A stretch of DNA of 64,000 nt from positions 91,106-155,105 of the forward strand of contig CAWDOY010000025.1 of NCBI GenBank assembly GCA_963803975.1. Reading direction: 5' to 3'. The notes beneath the pieces are model-generated. The model did not search any database and was not told the origin of the DNA. It saw nothing but the letters and a program-made list of their open reading frames with translations. The position numbers and the translations under genes are program-made. This stretch comes from an uncultured delta proteobacterium (GTDB lineage: Bacteria > Desulfobacterota > WTBG01 > CAIYCZ01). Positions 54,856-64,000 of the stretch are shown in pieces; positions within the stretch are counted from its first letter, which is position 1, and the number at the start of each line of letters is the position of its first letter.

Positions 54856-56580
54856 TTATGATGGCATTCTTTTGATGAGCTCAAAATTACACAATCTAAT
54901 TTCTAAATTGCCGTCTCCATCCCTCATAAGCTCTTTCCGGGGACTTAAAGAAAGCAGAATGTGATTGCCTTTCAGCCAAAGACTTTCAAACCCGCAGGCT
55001 AAAAGCCTCTGTTTCGCGTTCTGCACCAGATTAAAATATTCCTGTTCGCTTATAAGGCCCCTTCGATAGGCGTTCAATGCATTAATACCCGTAAAGTACT
55101 CTCCATCATGCTCAGCAAGAGATGCATCAAGTCCGTTCCAGAATCCCCAGAGGGTAATATAATCGTGGTCTTTTCTGAGAACAGGAGACCCGTCAGGGTT
55201 TAATATTTTTCGGTGTGATTTGAACCGGCTACCATCCGTACTATAGTCAATTATCTCTAAGGTCTGGCCGGTCACATAGATTGCCCGCGGATATACCGTG
55301 GGAATCCCTTTTTCACTCATGGCAAAGGCAAATGCAAATTCCTCAAACGGGCTGTTAAAACCGTATGCAAGAATTCGTTGCCCCTGTTCATCAGAAACAA
55401 CATCCGGTCTCTCCCCTACTTTTGAAACCTTCCATACGAGGTTTATGCTATCCTTGGTCTTGGTGTAATAAATAGCGCTGTTATGAGACAGGCTGGTTCG
55501 GGGCGTTTTGCGCCACCGTTCAGGTTGGAAATAATCAAAAAGGTCCGGGTCATTGCCCACCACCCACAAAGAACCGCTGGTGCTTTCTGTCGGACCGTAA
55601 ATATAATCAACGCCCATTATCTTGACCGGATGTAAATGCTGAGGACACATTGTAGCATTATCTTTTTTGAAACGGTCCCGCTGTTTTATGAGATACTTGA
55701 CCCGCCGTGAAGCTTTTACTTCTGCCTCATGCTCAGGGGTCCGTTCTAAAAGCTCAAAGTCAATAAGGGTGTATGCTATTTCGTTCTTTTTTGTCTTCAT
55801 AATGCCCGGGGGTTTCAGCCGCACAATACAATGGGCTGGTTTCTGATCCAGCACCCGGAACCCTCTTTTCTTGAGATCACGAATTGCCTGCCTGGTAATC
55901 GCAGCAAGCTCCTCAGCGGGTAATCCCACCTGTTCAAAGGCCTCAACAGCATTTAATCCCTCCACCCATTTATAGATAAGCAGGTATTGTCGCAAAATAT
56001 CTATTTCAACTCCCGGGTGTTTTGCTATCTTTTTTATTATTTTATGTTTTGAACGGCCCGTCTGCCAGAGCTGCAATTTTTCGGGAGGCACATAAATGCC
56101 CACGGGCTTCTGCAGCAGTATGGTGACACCTGCATCACCGTACTGCCTGCTCCGCAATTCCTCCACTAATGAAATTTCTTCAAAAGGACTGTTGAACTCA
56201 GCCTTGAGAACATCTTCAATAATTTTTGTCTCTATGGGTACATCCTGTCCGACACGGCTCCACTTAACCACCAAATCTATGCTCTTCCCGTTCACTTTTT
56301 TAGTAGTTACTTTGTAAACCGTACTTGTTCCCGGCAACCGTTCCCGATGGGTCTTAAACCATCGTCTGCCATACCAGCTTTCAGGCTTTAGTAAATTAAT
56401 GAAAGGCAGGCCGTGCCGCGTTACATAGAGGTCTCCACCATCAGAAGTCTTTAAATGCACATACTCCACATTCAGAAATCCCGTAAGTGCTATGTCTGGA
56501 TACTCGTCTAATCTTAATCCGGTCAGATCTGAATCTGTGGCATCGTTAAAATCGTCTTCAGGGTGGTCATTAGCTTCCAT
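54856..56580 (-). CDS. Hypothetical protein with two tandem kinase-like repeats
   Basis: Internal duplication [25 protein letters not shown] twice, DQKPAH..DFELL vs WLKGNH..NFELI. Confidence 0.7.
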   Translation of the reverse strand: MEANDHPEDDFNDATDSDLTGLRLDEYPDIALTGFLNVEYVHLKTSDGGDLYVTRHGLPFINLLKPESWYGRRWFKTHRERLPGTSTVYKVTTKKVNGKSIDLVVKWSRVGQDVPIETKIIEDVLKAEFNSPFEEISLVEELRSRQYGDAGVTILLQKPVGIYVPPEKLQLWQTGRSKHKIIKKIAKHPGVEIDILRQYLLIYKWVEGLNAVEAFEQVGLPAEELAAITRQAIRDLKKRGFRVLDQKPAHCIVRLKPPGIMKTKKNEIAYTLIDFELLERTPEHEAEVKASRRVKYLIKQRDRFKKDNATMCPQHLHPVKIMGVDYIYGPTESTSGSLWVVGNDPDLFDYFQPERWRKTPRTSLSHNSAIYYTKTKDSINLVWKVSKVGERPDVVSDEQGQRILAYGFNSPFEEFAFAFAMSEKGIPTVYPRAIYVTGQTLEIIDYSTDGSRFKSHRKILNPDGSPVLRKDHDYITLWGFWNGLDASLAEHDGEYFTGINALNAYRRGLISEQEYFNLVQNAKQRLLACGFESLWLKGNHILLSLSPRKELMRDGDGNLEIRLCNFELIKRMPS

Positions 56581-56633
56581 AAATTACCTGGATGATATCG
56601 CGTTTCTTTCTTGCCTTAGACCTTTTATTAACA

Positions 56634-58380
56634 TCAGCCCTTCCCTCCTTTGCCACCTTTTTCAATCTTCGCCCATTCATCTTTCAGGGTCACGGTGCGG
56701 TTGAAAACCATCCTGCCGTCTTTTGCATCAGGGTCAACGCAGAAATATCCCAGGCGCTCGAACTGATAGCGGCTGCCGGGAACAGCCTTTGCCATGCTTG
56801 GTTCAACAAAACAGCCTTTCAGCACTTCCAGTGATTTCGGGTTGAGGAAGGTTTTATAATCAGCATTTTCATCTGCCGAGGAATCAGGCGTGTGGAAAAG
56901 ATGGTCATACAGGCGCACCTCTGCAGGTATTGCATGGCTCGCTGAGACCCAGTGCAGGGTTGCTTTAACCTTCCTGCCGTCGGGGGCATCGCCCCCCTTT
57001 GTCTGCGGGTCATAGGTGCAGCGGATTTCCGTTATCGCGCCGGTCTTTTCATCCTTAACCACTCCGATGCATTTTATAAAATATGCATAGCGCAGGCGCA
57101 CTTCGCGCCCCGGCGATAATCTGAAATATTTCGGCGGCGGGTCTTCACGAAAATCATCCTGCTCAATATAGAGCACCCGCGAGAACGGAACTTTTCTTAT
57201 TCCGGCATTCTGGTCTTCAGGATTGTTAATGGCGTCAAGCTCCTCAGACTGGTTTTCAGGATAGTTTTCAATGACAACCTTCAGCGGCCTGAGCACTGCC
57301 ATCACCCGCACTGCACGCTTGTTCAGGTCCTGCCTGATGCAGTGCTCAAGCAGCGCGATGTCCACCGTGCTGTCACGCTTGGCAACACCTATGGTATCGC
57401 AGAAATTACGTATTGCTTCAGGCGTATATCCTCTGCGGCGAAGTCCTGCAATGGTCGGCATGCGCGGGTCATCCCAGCCCCGGACATTGTCTTCCTGTAC
57501 CAGCTGAAGAAGTTTGCGCTTGCTCATCACCGTATGGGTTAGATTAAGGCGGGCAAACTCGATCTGCCGGGGCCGGGCAGGAACCGGGAGCTTTTCTATA
57601 AACCAGTCGTAGAGCGGACGGTGGTCTTCAAATTCAAGGGTGCAGATGGAATGAGTAATCTTTTCGATGGCATCAGAGATCGGGTGGGCATAGTCATACA
57701 TGGGGTAGATGCACCACGCATTTCCGGTGCGGTGGTGCTCTGAGCGCATAATGCGATACAGCACCGGATCACGCATGTTGATATTGGGTGATGCCATATC
57801 AATCTTTGCCCGCAGCGTCCGGGAGCCATCCGGAAACTCGCCTGCCCGCATGCGCCTGAACAGGTCAAGATTTTCCTCAACTGACCGGTTGCGATAAGGG
57901 CTCTCCTTGCCCGGCTCGGTAAAAGAGCCGCGGTACTGCCCGCATCTTCATCAGCGGCTCAGATCGCAGACATATGCCTTGCCGGCCTTGATGAGCTGCT
58001 CGGCATATTCATAGATCTGCTCAAAATAGTCTGACGCATAGTACCTGCGGTCTTCCCAGTCAAACCCCAGCCAGCGCACATCCTCCTGAATCGAGTCCAC
58101 ATATTCCACGTCTTCCTCTGCTCGGATTGGTGTCGTCAAACCGCAGGTTGCACAGGCCGTTGTACTGGGCGGCAATGCCGAAATTGAGGCAGATGGATTT
58201 GGCGTGGCCGATATGCAGGTAGCCGTTCGGCTCCGGCGGGAATCGGGTATGCACGCGGCTCTGATGCTTGCCGGTCTTGCGGTCTTCTTCTATAATGTCC
58301 CTGATGAAGTCCCTGCGCCCGGCTGCGTCTCCGGCATCGTCACCCGCATTCATTCGTTCGCTGTCATCTTTCGCTGTCAT
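56634..58380 (-). CDS. glnS: Glutamine--tRNA ligase, two or more frameshifts
   Basis: [28 protein letters not shown]. Confidence 0.95.
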
Positions 58381-58478
58381 GTCTCACGTTCCTTAATAAT
58401 CTGCTTGTCAGGTTAACTGCGCATCCTCAGTACCATCCAGATGTTTTATTAGCATATCATTCACTGAAAATAAACGGT

Positions 58479-59372
58479 CTAACTGTAACCCAGCTTCCTG
58501 AACGCCTTGATTTCTTTGCGCCAGCTTTTTTCCACCTTAACATGCAATTCCAGATAGACCTGATAACCCATAAAATCCTCAATCTCGCGGCGCGCCGCTT
58601 CTCCAATTTTTTTAATCATCTGCCCGCCTTTGCCGATGATGATACCCTTCTGGGAATCTTTCTCCACATAGATGGTGCTGCATATATAGGCGCCCCCTCC
58701 CTCCCGCTCGGTCATATCATCAATCACTACCGCGGTGCTGTAGGGTATTTCCTGAAAGGTATTCATAAATATCTTTTCCCGTATAAACTCCGAGATGAAC
58801 TCCCGCTCGATCTGGTCTGAAGTGATATCTTCCGGAAAATAGGGCGGGCTCTTCGGAAGAGAGTCAATGGTCATTTTCAGCAGGGCATCAGTGTTATCGC
58901 CGTCGAGTGCGGATATGGGAAGTATTGCACTGAAATCCATCGTCGAGCGGTAGGCATCAATCACCGGTAAAACGGACTCCTTCGTTACGAGATCCACTTT
59001 ATTAATGAGCAGAAATATCTGCTTGTTCGTCGTCTGCAGGTCTTCAATGAGCTGCAAATCCATTTTCCGCGGCAGGGTATTTTCCACCATCAGGTATATA
59101 ATATCAGCATCAAGAAAGGTTTTTTTTGCCGTGCTGACCATATATTCACCGAACATGTCCCTGGGCGTGTGAATGCCGGCCGTATCCATGAAAATGATCT
59201 GTGCCTCAGCGGTCGTGAGAATGCCGCGGATGGTGCTGCGGGTTGTCTGCGGCTTGGGCGTAACAATGGAGAGTTTTGTGCCCACCAGCCGGTTAACCAG
59301 GGTAGACTTGCCCACATTGGGGCCGCCAACAATTGCAACATATCCTGCTTTAAACTGTTGTTGTTCATTCAT
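58479..59372 (-). CDS. era: GTPase Era
   Basis: GGPNVGKST, KPQTTR, NKVD, KH domain GIIIGKGG. Confidence 0.96.
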   Translation of the reverse strand: MNEQQQFKAGYVAIVGGPNVGKSTLVNRLVGTKLSIVTPKPQTTRSTIRGILTTAEAQIIFMDTAGIHTPRDMFGEYMVSTAKKTFLDADIIYLMVENTLPRKMDLQLIEDLQTTNKQIFLLINKVDLVTKESVLPVIDAYRSTMDFSAILPISALDGDNTDALLKMTIDSLPKSPPYFPEDITSDQIEREFISEFIREKIFMNTFQEIPYSTAVVIDDMTEREGGGAYICSTIYVEKDSQKGIIIGKGGQMIKKIGEAARREIEDFMGYQVYLELHVKVEKSWRKEIKAFRKLGYS

Positions 59373-59376
59373 AAGA

Positions 59377-59886
59377 CTATGTCGTTATTTGTTTCTCTGT
59401 TCCGCTATCCTTCTGCCGAAGGCTGAACTCTTCCAGAATATCAAACTGCTCCTGGGTTTGCGGCTCCGAGCCAATCTTGAGAACCATGTTCAGAGCATCC
59501 TGCATTGCTTCACCCTTATACATGAGGTATGCGGTAAGGATGATCCCGGTTCTTCCAATCCCCGCAAAGCAGTGTACCAGCACCCGTTTCCCTTCGCAAA
59601 TCTCCCGGTCAATCCATTGTACAATAGCTTGCAGCTGGTCCAGTGTCGGTGCACACATATCAGGTATTGGTGAGTGCAGCACCTTAAACCCCTGCCTGAA
59701 CTCCTGTGTAACAACATCCTCATAATATGATTCAAGCAGATTCACGACTGACTGAATACCCGCATGTTGCCACGCAAGGAGATCTGTATTATCAGGTATA
59801 TATGATTTTGCCAGTTGCGCTGGTATCAGCCAGCTGACTGGCTGCCGGTTGCAATCCTGCCTGCCCATAGTACCATAATTCCGCAT
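59377..59886 (-). CDS. Dual-specificity protein phosphatase
   Basis: VHCFAGIGRTG (CX5R), PIPD acid loop. Confidence 0.9.
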   Translation of the reverse strand: MRNYGTMGRQDCNRQPVSWLIPAQLAKSYIPDNTDLLAWQHAGIQSVVNLLESYYEDVVTQEFRQGFKVLHSPIPDMCAPTLDQLQAIVQWIDREICEGKRVLVHCFAGIGRTGIILTAYLMYKGEAMQDALNMVLKIGSEPQTQEQFDILEEFSLRQKDSGTEKQITT

Positions 59887-60055
59887 GTTTCGTTCGGAGA
59901 TCGTTTAAGCAAGTGCCTGGTGACCCGTGACTCGGTCCTGCGGTGAGCCTGTCAAACCGTGACCAGGGAAACTCAGATGACAGCCAACAGAAAACAGACT
60001 TTCAGAAGACAGACACAATTTTGCACTCTAAAATCTGCAATCCCGACTCACCTTT

Positions 60056-61062
60056 TTACCTCGTTACCGATTTACCCGTAAACGCCTGTTCCGCCTCCTG
60101 ATACAGTGCTTCAGGGCAGTTTTCATAGCGGGGGGAAAAATGATAAATCTGCAGCACCTTCACCCGGGCCTGCCGCGCTATAAAACCTGCCTGTTCTGCG
60201 GTGAGGTGTCCGCGCTCCTCTGCTTTGGCGCGGTCCTGAGAAAGGAATGATCCTTCACAAAACAGTATATCAGCATTCATGGCAAACCGGATAATCTTCC
60301 GGAGATTATCATCTGTTCCTCTGCAGTCTGAAACATAGACAATTTTCTGACCTTGCGTTATTGAAACTATCTCCCGCTTCAGCTTGCCGAGCGGCAGCCG
60401 TGACACTTCCTTCCCGGACTTATCATGTTCGGATAATTTTTACCTTGAACGTGTCCGGTTTTCCCTCCCACAGGCAATTTTTAAGCTCCCGCAGCCACGG
60501 GCCGACGGGTAGACCCAGCTTGTTCAGACGATCCTTGTTTATATTTATATGAAAGCGCTCTTCCATTGCAAATGCCAGAGACGTAATCTTGTGGTCAAGG
60601 TGCAACGCGTTGACGGTATAGTGAGGATTCTTATCTACCATACCGTTGAAAGGGACGGTCTCGACAGGCGTCGGTTTAAAACCGTCCCGGCAGACAAAAG
60701 AAACTCTGCGCATGGAATGCTTGAGTATTTCCGCGACCTCCAGGATGAACGGGTAGCCACTCACAAGATTCCAGGTGTAGCCCTTCAGCTTCCCCTGATG
60801 TTATTGATAATCCCCGCGGCCCGTACACGCGCAGCGTTGCATCCCGTGCAAGAAATAGCCTCAGGAGATGATCAAAGCCGATGAAATGGTCCATGTGCAT
60901 GTGGGAAACAAACACCCGGGATATTTTCAAAATCTTTCCGGCACGAAGTGTTGTTATATCGCCCAGGTCAAAAAGAAGAGCACTGCGCTCTCCCTTAAGC
61001 TCCACATAGAGCGCGGGGTCGCCGAAGGGCTGATTGAGCAGGTGCGGGTGCAAAAGCTGCAT
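60056..61062 (-). CDS. RNase Z-like MBL-fold hydrolase, two frameshifts
   Basis: LFDLG, SHMHMDHFIGF, HLDH, GHLTA, HFSPRY. Confidence 0.85.
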
Positions 61063-61068
61063 GGTACC

Positions 61069-61554
61069 CTATTGCTCCTCATGCGCGGTTACCAGTTCCC
61101 AGAGCTTTGTCTGAATATCGTCAAGTGCCGCACACAGCCGTTTGAACTCTTCAATCTCCCCCCGCTCTTCAAGCTCCCGGTTGAGTGCGGGACAATTCAC
61201 TTTCACGCAGGCAAGCGGCCGCATATCCTCGGGCAGAGAGCATCCATCCGGATGAAGAAACGAGCAGCTGCCCCAGATCGGCGCTTCTGCCTTCAATGCT
61301 GCCGGCATATCATAGAGCATCCGGTAGGCAAAGTAATCCTCGGCAGTAAACCACCCTTCGATCGGCATTCCTGAGCAGCATTTTGTCGTACACGCTGAAC
61401 AGAGCGCCGGAGCTATTGGCGCAAAAAGCCTCCTCATCTGTTGCTGCAGTTGTGCTATCTGCTGTGCAAACTCCCTCAGCTGCGGAAGATGCAGTGGATG
61501 CTGCAGCGAATAGCTTTGAAATTTTTTTTCTAGAATCTCAATACCCATAACCAA
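61069..61554 (-). CDS. Cys-rich hypothetical protein (CxxCxxxCC, YkgJ-like)
   Basis: CSACTTKCC..CSFL..GCSL..RPLAC. Confidence 0.65.
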   Translation of the reverse strand: MVMGIEILEKKFQSYSLQHPLHLPQLREFAQQIAQLQQQMRRLFAPIAPALCSACTTKCCSGMPIEGWFTAEDYFAYRMLYDMPAALKAEAPIWGSCSFLHPDGCSLPEDMRPLACVKVNCPALNRELEERGEIEEFKRLCAALDDIQTKLWELVTAHEEQ

Positions 61555-61640
61555 ACCTTTATACAGGTTTAAAAATCAGGTATGCTCCCTGCTGATGCAG
61601 AAAATGTATCCAATGCTCGCTGTGGCTCACGCAGTAAAAT

Positions 61641-61669
61641 AAAAAACCTCCACCACGGCAGCGGAGGTT
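61641..61669 (-). terminator. Intrinsic terminator-like hairpin
   Basis: AACCTCCGC-loop-GTGGAGGTT followed by a T-run on the minus strand. Confidence 0.6.
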
Positions 61670-62081
61670 GTGACGGTTAACACAGGGATACAGGAATACC
61701 AGGATGACATACGGTTGTTGTTTTTAAGTATCTACCACATGGGGTTTATTGTTTCATAGCTCGTACACTGTTTCTACTATACCATAGGCGATTTTAAATT
61801 AACATTACTTTTGGGTCTTCTCCATCCTGAGCGGTTGAACAAAAACACCGCAGGCTGCCATGTGAAGCTCCCCGACGTTACGGCGCGGCCGGCGAAGCTT
61901 AAAAACCGGGCCCCGGCTTGATGAAAAGATGGCCACCTGCTTTAAAATACCTGCATGCATTGTATTATTCTCCATCTCTCACGGCTGATAAAGATATTTT
62001 TATTGACACCAGCAACTATTTAGCATAACAATATTTTAAATTGTAACTATTATATTTATTTCTTTTTCCAAGGAGGCTGTC

Positions 62082-62576
62082 ATGCGTTTACCAAAACCAG
62101 AGAAACCGATACCCATCGAGGTACAATTAGAAAAACTGCGGGATCAGATGGTAAGTGAAAGGATTAATCTGTATCTTGACCTGAAAAAAATTCTGGGTGA
62201 TGAGAAGGGAACAGATATTTTTAAAAAGCTCTATGATGAGGGAATGAAGCGCATCAGGAAAAATTTCCCCGGCGGCAAGCTGCCGGTCGGCGAGCTCATG
62301 AAGCGCGAACTGGTGAGCTTTCCGGTCCTTGGCTTTGAGCTCCACATTGATCAGGAAGTGGAAAACGGTGAAGAAGTATACTACGAGCACCTGACGAAGT
62401 GCCCGTTCCTCAACATGGCAAAGAAGATGGGCATATCCGAGCTGCCCTGCGATTTTATCTGCAATTATGACGTGGAAGTTGCAACACGGGACAAGCGGGG
62501 CAGATGGGAGATCATTTCCCGCATGGGGGATGGCAAGCAGGAATGTCAGTTCAAAATTCGGGAGTGGAAGGATTAG
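62082..62576 (+). CDS. ATC-hydrolase/V4R-like Cys-containing protein
   Basis: KCPFL..CDFICNYD..MGDGKQECQF; AGGAGG RBS. Confidence 0.6.
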   Translation: MRLPKPEKPIPIEVQLEKLRDQMVSERINLYLDLKKILGDEKGTDIFKKLYDEGMKRIRKNFPGGKLPVGELMKRELVSFPVLGFELHIDQEVENGEEVYYEHLTKCPFLNMAKKMGISELPCDFICNYDVEVATRDKRGRWEIISRMGDGKQECQFKIREWKD

Positions 62577-62618
62577 AAGTAGATTTAAATCTGCAGGGGT
62601 TTAGTGCATCACGAAATG

Positions 62619-64000
62619 CTACAGGGGGGTTTGTTTTTCACGTATATTCGGTGAGATAACTATGCCACTTGTTTGCTCCTGGTTGGACTGCTGGAGAATT
62701 TTGATTTCTTTATCGTCGGGGTGTATGTCGAGATAGTTTTTAATTTTTTTCTCCGCCTCGCCGAGCGAGTCGCCTTTAGGAGAAAGTGCTATCCACTTTT
62801 TTAATGCCTCCCTGTAACCGGGAGAGTTATCAAGAGCAGTTCCAAATGCCTTTTTCGCCAGATCGGTTTCTCCTCGCATCTCATGAGCAAGCCCCAGATA
62901 ATAACTATATTCAGCAACAGTTGGATTTTCACTGACCAGCAGACGCAGTTCTCCAATGGCGGGAAGCGCTTTTTTTTCCTGTATATATATCTTGCAAAGA
63001 AGAAACCGGGCATCACGGTCACGCCGGTATTTACTTAATATTTCTTCTGCATTTATTTTAGCCTTCTCATGCTCACCGCTTCTGAAGTAGAGATCTGCAA
63101 GTATATTTTGGAATTCAATATAATTTGTTGTATCTTTTGGATATTTTACGCAACATCTCCTCAGTCTGCTGATAAGCCTTCTTCATCTGTCCCGACTGCA
63201 CAAACAAATCAATGCGCATCTTTTTTAGTTGAATATTTTCGGGCTGCTTATTTATCTCTTCATTGAGAAATGACTCAGCCTCGCCCGTTCGATTATAGCG
63301 AATGAGAAAATTCATATAATCTGACTTCACCTGAAGATTGTCCGGGTAGCTTTGCAGCATTTCCTGGAGTAGCATGTCCTCCATCTCTGCCTTGCCTTGC
63401 CTGCGGTATATGTTTGCAAGTTTTGCTGATAGGGAAGTTTGTTTGGTGCCTGTTCAATCATCTTTATATAGATTTTTTCCAGGGCTATCGTAATTTCCTG
63501 CACTTCTAAATTGGTCGATAATCAGCTTCATGGTCTTCATCCAGTCAGGGGTATGAGGAAAAGTGTTTTAAGGCAATATCCTCGGCTTCAGAAAATTTAT
63601 TCTTTTTAAGATTGAACTGCACGAGAACTGCATAGAAATCTGAAGTTTTCTCTCCGTTGCGCAAGAACCCCTCTATCATTTTCTCAGCTTCAATGAAGTT
63701 TATTATCCGCCACGTAATATCTCAACAACAAGATTCGTGCATCACGGTTTTTATCTGCAAGAGGTAATATCACAGCTTTAAAATAGATCTCGCTGATTAA
63801 CCGCTTTTCCCTAAGTTCTAAGTATTTATATAGCATTCTGCAATTTTCAACTTTAGCGGTATATCTTCTTTTCGTTCTGTTAAAACGATTAGAAAAGAAT
63901 TTAGAGCATCAGCATACTCCCCGAGCGTGTACTTGCTCATGCCTGTCATATAGTGTGCATCAATATATCCCTCATCAATTTGAAGCGGCTTTTCCAAATT
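62619..64000 (-). CDS. TPR-repeat protein, heavily frameshifted, runs off the window
   Basis: Helical TPR-like fragments (DAHYMTGM, YHLGLAHEMRGETDLAKKAF) across several frames. Confidence 0.55.

Overview
A 64-kb bacterial chromosome segment, probably from a Deltaproteobacterium/Desulfobacterota-like organism (inferred from gene content). It carries many single-base frameshifts, including in essential genes such as valS and glnS, which are most likely long-read errors. Two housekeeping blocks (tyrA-hisC-pheA, truA, hisG on the left; yggU-divIVA-yggT-coaX-nadC-valS, mcm, photolyase, PEPCK, glnS, era, RNase Z-like on the right) flank an accessory region of about 36 kb (about 6.4-42.4 kb). Its core is a 23-kb run of co-oriented minus-strand genes headed by kaiC-kaiB-kaiB and a PAS/sigma54 enhancer-binding protein. 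A conserved sigma54 -24/-12 promoter with tandem palindromic upstream sites follows, then a long series of general-stress-type small proteins (ABM, Grx-like, USP, CsbD, DUF883/DUF3618/holin-like, BON, lmo0937, DUF3185, DUF4398-OmpA, SYLF, DUF3309). A duplication of about 680 bp has copied this promoter module in front of a second gene block. Next to it are a group-2 sigma70 factor, a NarL-type two-component system with candidate heptamer operator arrays, IS110 remnants flanking a SleB-like gene, and MITE-like elements. The best candidate for an undescribed system is a KaiA-less KaiBBC module with a dedicated sigma54 activator as output, driving a stress regulon. A tandem kinase/pseudokinase-like protein between glnS and PEPCK is a second candidate.
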